From a virus (lineage: Duplodnaviria; Caudoviricetes), in the IMG/VR virus record IMGVR_UViG_2509276064_000002, positions 1-64,000 of that record: 64,000 nucleotides of DNA; one strand, 5' to 3'. Every line of letters begins with the position of its first letter. Positions within the stretch are counted from its first letter, which is position 1. Under the pieces are notes generated by a model. It was not told the origin of the DNA and ran no database searches. It was given only the letters and a program-made list of their open reading frames with translations. Of the stretch, positions 56,389 through 64,000 are shown in pieces. Both the position numbers and the translations under genes were made by a program.

Positions 56389-56617
56389 TCACCGGTCCAG
56401 CCTCATACCTAGGCTCGAAGCTCATGCCTCGAAGCACCGGCGCCAGCCCCAGCTCCTGCAGGTAGAACGGCTCCCGGACCGCCTGCTCCTCAAACGTCCT
56501 CGGCGTGGTCTTGACTCGGCCACGCTGCTCCCGTGCCATGAAGTACGCCCGGCGCACATCCGGGAGCTGCTGTTGGAGAGCACGGCGACGAGCTCGCTTG
56601 CTGGCCTTCTTCGACAC
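56369..56617 (-). CDS. Small basic protein (VSKKASKRARRR...)
   Basis: GGAGG before GTG 56617; C-terminal part conserved at ~6993-7045. Confidence 0.6.
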   Translation of the reverse strand: MSKKASKRARRRALQQQLPDVRRAYFMAREQRGRVKTTPRTFEEQAVREPFYLQELGLAPVLRGMSFEPRYEAGPVIRSGCQ

Positions 56618-56675
56618 ACGCCCACCTCCCGGTAATGAAAAACCCCACCGAAGCGGGGTCCCAGTGCTACTAGGG

Positions 56676-56912
56676 TTACATGGCCTGAAGGGATTGGTGC
56701 CTGTCCTGGACGCGTGCGTACATTTCTTCGATCGTGCCTCCGCTCGGGGCCCATGTAAGGCGTCCGTTGTAGTGGACCCCATCCTTTTCGTACACACAAA
56801 CTTTCTTCTGAAAGTCGCAGAAGCTCAAACCCCATGCACCATGATGCTCAATCAGCCCATGAAGTTGGTCGAGAGAGTGTAGGGGCATGTCCAGGTTGAC
56901 CTCTATGCGCAT
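56676..56912 (-). CDS. Small leaderless moron
   Basis: TAACCT 5 nt before ATG; followed by hairpin 56634..56658. Confidence 0.6.
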   Translation of the reverse strand: MRIEVNLDMPLHSLDQLHGLIEHHGAWGLSFCDFQKKVCVYEKDGVHYNGRLTWAPSGGTIEEMYARVQDRHQSLQAM

Positions 56913-57034
56913 GTCTCAGGTTACGAACGCCTGTCTTTCGTCTTTATTGCACTACCCCAACAAGAAAGGCACCCAACTGGGGGTGCCTCGACTCTTCTTG
57001 GACTCTACAAAAACGCTAGCAGTTTTGTTCCAAA

Positions 57035-57673
57035 TTAACAAGTGGTGATGGTCAATTTCTGCAATTCCTGTTGCATCACATGCAATGGGGCTTCCGCCTT
57101 CTCATCACGCAACTGCACAGCCAGGGTCAGCACTGCCACGGCGTACCGCACCGCCCGCTCTGGGTGCTGGTGCAGCCGCCCATCCTCTCGCAGCAGTCTT
57201 GCCATGCAGTTGTGCCGTTCATGCCGAAGCTTGTCCAGCATCTTGCCCAACTGCTTCTGCTCTGGCACTAGGCTGCGGCTCATCGTCGTGATCAACGCGC
57301 CCACCTCCCCCTCCGTGAACTCCCCTATCGGTGTCTGCAGGTAGCGCGTTGGGGCCCGCACGTTGCTCCCCAGCGTCAGAAACTCCAACCCTTCTTCTGA
57401 CGGCTCGTAGTGGAAGCTGTACGGGATCTCCACCTCCCGCACGTCCCAGCCTCGCAAAGCTTGATACCAACGCTCGGCGTACTCCCGCGCTTCCCTGGCC
57501 TGCGTGCGGCCGCTGGTGAGCGCCTGAATAGTTTGCCGGGGCGTGAGCTTCTTGCGCCCAGCGCGCTGCTTTGCCGTGGCTGCCCGGGCTTCCTCCGCCT
57601 GACGCTGGGCAGCCTTCTGAGTAGGCGTCTGGAGAGCAGCAGCCACCAGGTCCTCCGTCTTAAATTTGGACAC
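57035..57673 (-). CDS. Putative late-gene regulator (positional), paralog of 41375..41929
   Basis: Last early gene before the packaging module; GGAGG before GTG 57673. Confidence 0.7.
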   Translation of the reverse strand: MSKFKTEDLVAAALQTPTQKAAQRQAEEARAATAKQRAGRKKLTPRQTIQALTSGRTQAREAREYAERWYQALRGWDVREVEIPYSFHYEPSEEGLEFLTLGSNVRAPTRYLQTPIGEFTEGEVGALITTMSRSLVPEQKQLGKMLDKLRHERHNCMARLLREDGRLHQHPERAVRYAVAVLTLAVQLRDEKAEAPLHVMQQELQKLTITTC

Positions 57674-57705
57674 GGCCACCTCCTGGGGGCGTGAAGGGGC
57701 GAGGG

Positions 57706-58182
57706 TCACTTCGGTATCCCCCAAATTTTCAATAGCTCGCTTTCGACCTTCACAAACAGGTCGAGACGCTGCCAATACCAGGGACGGGCGTAAGGCATGA
57801 CCAGGACCCACCAATCGCGCGCCCCATTCCACCGATGAATCACGATGGGCATCCGCTTCCCTTCGCAGTCACGTCGTGCCTGATCCATCCAAGACTTCAG
57901 GGTGGCCGGGCTGTGCATCTGGCACGTCGCGGTCAGCTTGCACTCGATATGCCATCCGCTAAGAGCCAGGCAGATCACGTCCGGCGAATCCGCCCCGCCC
58001 TTCCGCTGCTGCCCGCGCTCCGCCGGGAAGCCCAGCTCAGTCAGGGCCTTCGCGAGCTGCAGCTCTCCCCGGGCGCCTTTCGCCCGCGAGTTCACGGGCT
58101 TCTTCTTGCTATTGCGGAGTGGTGGAGTCGCCTTCTTCGCTGGAAGGGACTCCAACGTAGCGACACTTTTGCGGGGACTCAC
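57706..58182 (-). CDS. Holliday junction resolvase (Hjc-like PD-(D/E)xK)
   Basis: NSRAKGARGELQLAKAL...SPDVI...WHIECK. Confidence 0.8.
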   Translation of the reverse strand: MSPRKSVATLESLPAKKATPPLRNSKKKPVNSRAKGARGELQLAKALTELGFPAERGQQRKGGADSPDVICLALSGWHIECKLTATCQMHSPATLKSWMDQARRDCEGKRMPIVIHRWNGARDWWVLVMPYARPWYWQRLDLFVKVESELLKIWGIPK

Positions 58183-58442
58183 GCTGCCCCCTTCCGCTTA
58201 GCCCGGCTGCGGCTCTCCTGCGCGGCCACCGGATCGGCGTAAGTGATGCTGACTACCCCGTACAACTCCCGGTACTCCTGTAACGCCCGGCACCAATCCA
58301 GATCCGTGAGGTAGCCCTTCTGGATGGCCTCGTCAATGTTCTCCGCCTGCTTGCCCCGTGCCCGGAGCGCCTGCAGCAGCACCTGGGCTGCCTCGTAGGC
58401 ATGCTGACTCACGTGGGCCGGTGGTTTGACCTGCCGTGTCAT
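58179..58442 (-). CDS. Hypothetical early protein
   Basis: ATGA/GTGA coupling on both sides. Confidence 0.65.
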   Translation of the reverse strand: MTRQVKPPAHVSQHAYEAAQVLLQALRARGKQAENIDEAIQKGYLTDLDWCRALQEYRELYGVVSITYADPVAAQESRSRAKRKGAA

Positions 58443-59194
58443 GCGGCCTCCCTCTGCTGCTGAGCAGCGATGTACGCGCCAAGGCGACGAGTGCGGCTGT
58501 CGCGGTGCTGCTGCAACCAGGTCACCACCTCTGGCAATCGGAACAGACGCTCCCGCTTCGGCCCCCGCTGCTCCAAGTGCGGCATCCCTTGCTGTGCCCA
58601 CAAGCGCACCATCGCGGCACTGCGAGAAAGGATCACCGCCAACTCTTCGGCATCCAACGTGCCTGCAGGACGCTGAGAGAAGTGCGTGGGTGGCCGAGCC
58701 CCGTCCACGTCCCGGGGATGGTAAGCACGTTTGGGGGACGGCTTCCCGACAACGCGCACAAGGACGTAGGGCACCTCATGTTCCCGAAGGCGGGCCTGCG
58801 CACGACTGACCGTGAGGTCCCACCGCTGCGCCACCTGCTCCGCTGTCAGGTAGTTGGGAGGCCAGCTGTCCAGGACAGGCTCACGCTCTGCTTGTAACGC
58901 TGCGGCCTCCTTCGCCGTCACAGTGCTGTTGCCGAGCCACCGTCCAGGCGTGATGCCGCGGCGCGCCGTCAAGCGGTGAACCTCCGTGACGGAGATGCCC
59001 AGGGTGACCGCGAGATCGGTGAATGTCACCAGATCGCGCGGCGGAACGTTCATCTGGTACCTCGTGACGGCCAGGCCGAGAGCGCTACGCGTCACCCGCA
59101 ACTTCTGGGCCGCCTCCGCGATGGTGAGGCCCTGACGGAAGAGTTTCTGGGCGTAACCGCGTCGATGTGGTGTCCAACAGGTAGGCGTGCCCAT
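58439..59194 (-). CDS. Multi-HTH DNA-binding protein
   Basis: LTIAEAAQKLRVT, VTFTDLAVTLGIS, LTAEQVAQRWDLT, LDAEELAVILSRS HTH units. Confidence 0.75.
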   Translation of the reverse strand: MGTPTCWTPHRRGYAQKLFRQGLTIAEAAQKLRVTRSALGLAVTRYQMNVPPRDLVTFTDLAVTLGISVTEVHRLTARRGITPGRWLGNSTVTAKEAAALQAEREPVLDSWPPNYLTAEQVAQRWDLTVSRAQARLREHEVPYVLVRVVGKPSPKRAYHPRDVDGARPPTHFSQRPAGTLDAEELAVILSRSAAMVRLWAQQGMPHLEQRGPKRERLFRLPEVVTWLQQHRDSRTRRLGAYIAAQQQREAA

Positions 59195-59520
59195 CAGTCC
59201 TCACCTCCCGCCTGCGCGTCCTGCTGAGCGGTGAGGGCGTCAAGGCGGTCTGCAAACTCGTACTTCAGGTTGAGCTGCTGAAGCAGGAAGGGGTTCTTGC
59301 TCTGACTGGCGAAATACTCCTCTGCTTCTGCCTTCGCCTCTTTCCTCAGCGTTTCCGCCAATCCCTCCACGGCCAACTGGGCCGCACCTTCTGCGACACA
59401 CTTGGGGGATTCGAGCTCTTGCCGCACTTCTTCCAACAAGGCTTTCTCTTCCTTGCTAGCCCCATGCGCCGCACGCATCCGCTGCAGCGTGGCCAAACGG
59501 TCAGAAAGGGAAACACTCAC
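59194..59520 (-). CDS. Hypothetical helical early protein
   Basis: Coupled to the downstream gene; RBS GGAGG. Confidence 0.65.
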   Translation of the reverse strand: MSVSLSDRLATLQRMRAAHGASKEEKALLEEVRQELESPKCVAEGAAQLAVEGLAETLRKEAKAEAEEYFASQSKNPFLLQQLNLKYEFADRLDALTAQQDAQAGGED

Positions 59521-59732
59521 TTGCCCCTCCTAAGCCCGCAAGACTGATCCAGCTCATGACCTCTCCAGAACAACTCCTGATGCTGACCCGCGCATTGCAG
59601 GACCCGTACCCCACTCACAGAACGTGAAGCACGCGTCATGGATGTCGCGTAAGGCATGAGACACCGCCCAACAGAACCCAACAGGGGGGAGATCTTCAGA
59701 ACGACACTTCTGGATAAAGTGGCCAGCACTCT

Positions 59733-59960
59733 ATGAAAACCTCTACCAGTACGTACGAGCCCCAAATCCTCGCTCTCACAAAGGAGCTGCAAAACTGTTG
59801 CCCCGACAACACTGTCTTGGTGAGCGACCTTATAAAGAACATCCGGAACCGTTATCCCAATATCCCCGCAGAGGACATTCCCCGCACCCTGACCAACCTG
59901 GTGCATGACGGTTACCTCAGCCGTCCCGCCACGGGGCTCTACCGCCTGCCGGTCCACTGA
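59733..59960 (+). CDS. Small winged-helix moron
   Basis: IPRTLTNLVHDGYLSRPATGLYRL wHTH wing motif. Confidence 0.65.
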   Translation: MKTSTSTYEPQILALTKELQNCCPDNTVLVSDLIKNIRNRYPNIPAEDIPRTLTNLVHDGYLSRPATGLYRLPVH

Positions 59961-60147
59961 GCCGGACCTCACCGTGCACCGCCTTCCGGCGCTGCGAGGA
60001 GCGCCAGGGCGGGACTGGTCGACTTGTCTGAGGGATTCGCCGCCTCTGGCAACGGCCGCAGCGTGTCCGGCAGCGAGGGCGTCACGAGACACCGCTTCTT
60101 AAGAACCAACGGACACCCTTAAATTGAAGTTCCATTAAGCTTCGCGC

Positions 60148-60342
60148 ATGGAGTACTTCCTGCCCGACACCTACATCCTCCGCACCCAACGTCACCCCGA
60201 CGGACAAATCGAACTGACCCTGTCGAGGGATGCCGGCCTTCCCGATATCAGCGACATCCTGATTGGCTCCACTGACACCTGGAAAGTCACGGAGGTTCTG
60301 CGCGACAGCGCCGACATTCGCGTTCGCGTTCAGAGGGCCTGA
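60148..60342 (+). CDS. 64-aa beta protein, tandem paralog 1
   Basis: TAAGCT 6 nt before ATG; similar to 60424..60618. Confidence 0.7.
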   Translation: MEYFLPDTYILRTQRHPDGQIELTLSRDAGLPDISDILIGSTDTWKVTEVLRDSADIRVRVQRA

Positions 60343-60423
60343 AGGCAGCGCGGGCGTCACGAGGTCACCGCCAGCAGCAGGGTTGCTGACACACTTGCGC
60401 CGCCCCTTCAATAATCTGAAGGG

Positions 60424-60618
60424 GTGACTCACTCGTTGCCAGACATCCTCATTATGTGGAGAGTCAACCTCCCCGATGGGCTGACTGAACTGACTCTGTC
60501 GCGTGAAGCGCCCGTTCCAGAGGTGGGAGACATACTGATCGGCACCACAGAGACCTGGGAAGTCACTGAAGTGTTTCGCGACACCGTTGGGGTGCGCATT
60601 TACGTTCGGCGGACCTAA
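60424..60618 (+). CDS. 64-aa beta protein, tandem paralog 2
   Basis: TAATCT 6 nt before GTG; PDG..ELTLSR.A..P...DILIG.T.TW.VTEV.RD shared. Confidence 0.7.
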   Translation: MTHSLPDILIMWRVNLPDGLTELTLSREAPVPEVGDILIGTTETWEVTEVFRDTVGVRIYVRRT

Positions 60619-60632
60619 GCGGCATACCTGGC

Positions 60633-61322
60633 TCACAGCGCACCGCCTTCCAGGGCCGTCAGCATGTCCTTCTCCTGCTGCCTCAGCCCATACATGCCGT
60701 CCAGGGCGAACGGCCCCGTCTTGCTGATCGGGTCCCTGTGCAGTTCAATCCCCAGGACCAGCAAGGTGTGCGTGTTCATGTTGTGCTCGGAGGGCGCGTA
60801 GGTGCTGCGTCCGTCGCAGTAGCGGCGGGAGTAAAAGTGCAGCTTGATCGCCACCTGTTCCACCGCCCCTACCCGCTCCCGTAACCGCTCGAGCTCTTCC
60901 GCCTGGGCCAGCACGAGGCGAGCGAGAGAGAGCGAATGGGTGAGGAGCTTCCAGCCTGGAGCACTGCCATCCTCGTACTCCGGTAAGACAGCGATCTTCA
61001 CCGGGCCCAAGGCATCCACGCTGTAGTCCATGAGGTACAGCCCCTCAAGAGCCGAGTCAGTGAGATCTACAAGCTCAGCCGTGGCAGGGATACCTTCCAG
61101 CAGCTCCCGCACCGCCTCCGCTGTCAGCCCAGGCTTCGTGGCCACCATCTGCGCTCCTGCCACCTGCAGGGCCCCTTCCAGGTCCCCTGGCACCGCGGTC
61201 TGCCCCCGCAACGCCGCCTCCACTTCCAGCAACACCTCGTGCTGCTCATGCGTCAGCCGGTCCCGCGCCGACAGCGAGTTGTGCATCGTCCGCAAGCGAG
61301 CCAGGAGGTCCGGCCGAGTCAT
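60633..61322 (-). CDS. Hypothetical early protein
   Basis: ATGA coupling; phage-like codon use. Confidence 0.7.
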   Translation of the reverse strand: MTRPDLLARLRTMHNSLSARDRLTHEQHEVLLEVEAALRGQTAVPGDLEGALQVAGAQMVATKPGLTAEAVRELLEGIPATAELVDLTDSALEGLYLMDYSVDALGPVKIAVLPEYEDGSAPGWKLLTHSLSLARLVLAQAEELERLRERVGAVEQVAIKLHFYSRRYCDGRSTYAPSEHNMNTHTLLVLGIELHRDPISKTGPFALDGMYGLRQQEKDMLTALEGGAL

Positions 61323-61570
61323 GCCGCACCCCCAGCCAGCACCCTCTTCGCCAGGTGCCGCGCCTCCGACAACCGCAAGCCCCGTCCCCGCTCCACGCCA
61401 TCGATCACGAGCCGGTATGCCGGCGCTTCCCGTACCGCCTCCCGCACGATCAAGAGCCGCTGCGGGCCCACCTTGGCGCGCAAGTGCTCCCCATTGCCCG
61501 GGTAGTGCTTGCCGGGCCGCCAGCGGATCTTCAATGCCACAGGTCCATGTTTTTCCATGTTTTCCGTCAT
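61319..61570 (-). CDS. Hypothetical early protein
   Basis: RBS GGAGG; ends GGAA with ATGA overlap. Confidence 0.65.
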   Translation of the reverse strand: MTENMEKHGPVALKIRWRPGKHYPGNGEHLRAKVGPQRLLIVREAVREAPAYRLVIDGVERGRGLRLSEARHLAKRVLAGGAA

Positions 61571-61572
61571 GG

Positions 61573-62190
61573 TCAGTTCCCTCCTTGAGGCGTGAGGTCA
61601 GACAGAGGCAGACGCAACTGCCGGTTCAGGAACAGCACCGCGAGGCCCGCCAGGTGGAAGTCGGCAGACGCTTTGGTACCGAACTGAGGCAGGAAGAGGC
61701 CGCGGGCTTTCTCCCCCTCCCCCGTCCAGTTCTCGCCGTCCCACAGCGTCTCGATGGCCTCCCACGAGAACGGCAGCACTTCCTGCTCGGCGATGCTCGT
61801 GCCGTTCGGGATGTGGTCAGGAATGGCGAGATCCCGGTAAGCAGGCCAGGCCGTGAGCAAGCCCTTGAGGTTCACCTCGCGGGCGGCCAGCACCTTCTCT
61901 GCTTCGGCCCCCTGCAGGCTCTTGAGGTAGCCGCAGAGTTTGGCGAGGCGCTCGACCTGGTACGCGGCCGGGAACTCGAAGGTGTACGGGTCTCCGTTGA
62001 CCCAGTGCAGCGCAGGGCGGACGCAGCTCTGGAAGTAGACCCAGAGCAGCTGCTCGTCAAGCTCGCGCTCCTGCCTCTTGAGCTGTTCGAACTCGGTGTC
62101 GAGTTGGTCGAGGAGGTCTTTGAGGCGGATGGCAGGTGCGAGGGGCTTCGCAGCTGGCCGCTTGGCTGAAGTACCTGTCAGGCCCGGCAT
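61573..62190 (-). CDS. Hypothetical early protein
   Basis: 205-aa ORF with phage-like codon use. Confidence 0.7.
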   Translation of the reverse strand: MPGLTGTSAKRPAAKPLAPAIRLKDLLDQLDTEFEQLKRQERELDEQLLWVYFQSCVRPALHWVNGDPYTFEFPAAYQVERLAKLCGYLKSLQGAEAEKVLAAREVNLKGLLTAWPAYRDLAIPDHIPNGTSIAEQEVLPFSWEAIETLWDGENWTGEGEKARGLFLPQFGTKASADFHLAGLAVLFLNRQLRLPLSDLTPQGGN

Positions 62191-62201
62191 GAGGTGACCC
62201 C

Positions 62202-62447
62202 TGGCAGCCTTTTGGCAGCCTCAGGAAGTTGGTTGCCAGCCCAGAAGCTGCACTGAGACGAAGTGCTGGCAGCGCTGGCAACGTTGGCAGCCTTTTTGGG
62301 GTGGTTCCGCCTTATATCGAGAAGCGCTCTTGCGCGCGTTACGTGCTTATGAAAAAGGCTGCCAAGCCTGCCAAGGTTGCCAGGATGCTGTGTAGGACGG
62401 CTCCAATTCCTGGCAGCCTCAAAAAAAGGTTGCCAGAAAGGTTGCCA
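62202..62447. repeat. Iteron-like cluster (12 copies of TGGCA[AG]C[CG]-like 8-mers), probable replication origin
   Basis: Forward at 62202, 62213, 62267, 62276, 62285, 62411; reverse at 62231, 62357, 62366, 62375, 62428, 62440; just downstream of the primase. Confidence 0.75.
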
Positions 62448-62461
62448 GCGGTCGGAAGTTG

Positions 62462-64000
62462 TCATTCTGAGTCCTCCCACATGCCGGGCTGAGTTGAAAG
62501 CTGAATGTGCCGGTAATCGGTTCCGCGAACATTGCGGTCACGTTCGACGGTCTTGCCGAAGTACTTGGCAGCAGAGATCAGGTGTTTGCCGAAATTGTTG
62601 ATGTGAAGGGGGCTGAAGCCGTTCTGCCCGCACCACTTGCGGTAGGCGGCATACAGATCGGCCGAGGCGGTCTGCACATCGGGGACGTAACGACATTCAT
62701 CCCGCAGGAAGCCAATGACCTTGTTGCTGTCTTCGACAATTTCGCGCGCCAGTGCAGCGGCATCAGAGGCGGGGAAACGCATGTTGTTCTCGCGCAGCAC
62801 GCGCAGGCCTTCCAGCATCCAGTTCAAAACGCCGGGCAGCTCGTCGGGGTGGGTCAGTCGAGCCTCAAGAGTGGGGTCTGGTTTCTCCGGCTTGACGTTG
62901 AAGGCCACTGGCAAGAAGCGGCGCATCAGAGAGGAGTTGCTGGTGTCCTCCCCCAGGCGGGGCATGACGTTGGTCAAAATGATCAGCTTGATATCTAACT
63001 TCGTCGTGAACGGTGTTTTGTTCTTGACGTCTACCGAGATGGTGTCCTCACCAGTGATCCGTTTAAAGGGCAGCCAGTCCACACTTTGCTGGAGCTCGGA
63101 CACCACGCACATGCGCTTGCCGACAAGATTGCCGACCAGGAAAGAGCCGTCCTTGATGTTCTCCAGTGCTGAGGACGTGGCGAGATTGCCCAGTACAGCC
63201 TGAAGAACACGCACGAAGGTGCTCTTGCCTGTACCACCGTCGCCCACCAGAACCAGGGCGCGTTGTGGGCTTGTGTCCCCTGTCAAGCACAGCCCGGCGA
63301 ACTGCTGCAGCAGCAGGCGGTCTCCCTCGTCCGGTACTGCCTGGCGTAGGAATGCCATCCAGTCATGTGCCACGCTCCCCGGCCGATACGCTGCTGCGCT
63401 CTGGATGGTGCTGAAGTATTCGGGTGTGTGATCGTGCAGCAGCCCGCTCTCCAGGTCCAGGATGCCGGTCCGGGTGTTCAGTTCCCAGGCGGTCTGGTCG
63501 ACTTCCAGAGCGGCCACGCTTTCCTCGCGACTGATTTTGTCCAGTACCTCGCGGATATTCGCGGTCTTTAGGTTGTTGTAGCCGTAGGACTGGAGGATCT
63601 TGTCGGCGCGCTGGTACATCACTTCGTCCAGCACTTCGACGTAGACGCCGCCTTTGTACTGCCACCAGCTGCGGCGGGTCTGGTGGTAGCGGTAGACGTG
63701 GCCCTGCTCGGCGCACCAGTCGAGCGTGAGGTCCCGGTAGTCGGCGAGGGTGGGTTTGTCGGGCAGGTCTTTGGTGCGCGTCTTAGCCTGCCCGTCGCCT
63801 TTTCCCCCAATGGTTCCGAAGGCCTGGGGTTTGTTCTCCCAGTGCCGTTGCCCGACGGTGCTCAGGTCACGGGGGCTCTGCTTGCCTGCAGCGAGGCCGG
63901 ACCGCACAGTGTCTCGGATCTCGCTTTCTTCCAGTCCGGCGGCGAGGGCGGCTTCGGTCAGCTCGTGTGCCGCCTGCACCTCGTCGAGGGCCCCGGCGCC
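62462..64000 (-). CDS. P4/D5-family primase-helicase (5' end outside the window)
   Basis: ELNTRTGILDLESG, LVGDGGTGKSTF, GKRMCVVSEL, KRITGED, LMRRFLPVAF. Confidence 0.9.
   Translation of the reverse strand, partial: GAGALDEVQAAHELTEAALAAGLEESEIRDTVRSGLAAGKQSPRDLSTVGQRHWENKPQAFGTIGGKGDGQAKTRTKDLPDKPTLADYRDLTLDWCAEQGHVYRYHQTRRSWWQYKGGVYVEVLDEVMYQRADKILQSYGYNNLKTANIREVLDKISREESVAALEVDQTAWELNTRTGILDLESGLLHDHTPEYFSTIQSAAAYRPGSVAHDWMAFLRQAVPDEGDRLLLQQFAGLCLTGDTSPQRALVLVGDGGTGKSTFVRVLQAVLGNLATSSALENIKDGSFLVGNLVGKRMCVVSELQQSVDWLPFKRITGEDTISVDVKNKTPFTTKLDIKLIILTNVMPRLGEDTSNSSLMRRFLPVAFNVKPEKPDPTLEARLTHPDELPGVLNWMLEGLRVLRENNMRFPASDAAALAREIVEDSNKVIGFLRDECRYVPDVQTASADLYAAYRKWCGQNGFSPLHINNFGKHLISAAKYFGKTVERDRNVRGTDYRHIQLSTQPGMWEDSE

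Noticed and set aside
62202-62447. CRISPR array here or at 7614-7706
   Set aside because: Repeats are 8-10 bp, in mixed orientation or without spacers, and no cas genes are present
62178-62480. ORF across the iteron cluster (WQPFWQPF...)
   Set aside because: Translation reflects the TGGCAGCC repeats; better explained as origin DNA

Overview
GC-rich DNA, most likely from Deinococcus. The host is inferred from gene content and from many leaderless TANNNT-N5-7-start genes. From 7556 to past 64000 the window holds a long-tailed siphovirus-type prophage, read mostly on the minus strand. Its left end is a 45-bp 3' fragment of tRNA-Val(GAC) followed by a terminator, with integrase arm-type repeats just inside. 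In transcription order it carries: P4/D5-type primase-helicase (cut by the window edge), an iteron cluster, early genes, Holliday-junction resolvase, terminases, portal, a C39-like protease, scaffold, decoration protein, capsid, head-tail genes, tail tube, a frameshifted tail chaperone, a ~12.4-kb cargo/defence island, a 2569-aa tape measure, tail tip and fibre genes, a GH19 lysis cassette and a variable terminal cargo region. The island holds AAA_21+RloB, IetAS-like AAA+S8, a BRO/HNH/XRE switch, VOC and DUF1304. Positions 1-7500 are a decayed relative of the same phage, so empty and filled cargo slots can be compared directly. Most novel-looking observations: (1) a papain/C39-like protease in the prohead-protease slot, with a shared N-terminal leader on scaffold and capsid; (2) a TIGR04255-like/HEAT/ART-like three-gene operon; (3) single-gene cassettes bounded by repeated terminator hairpins. 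All family calls come from motif reading; no database searches were run.
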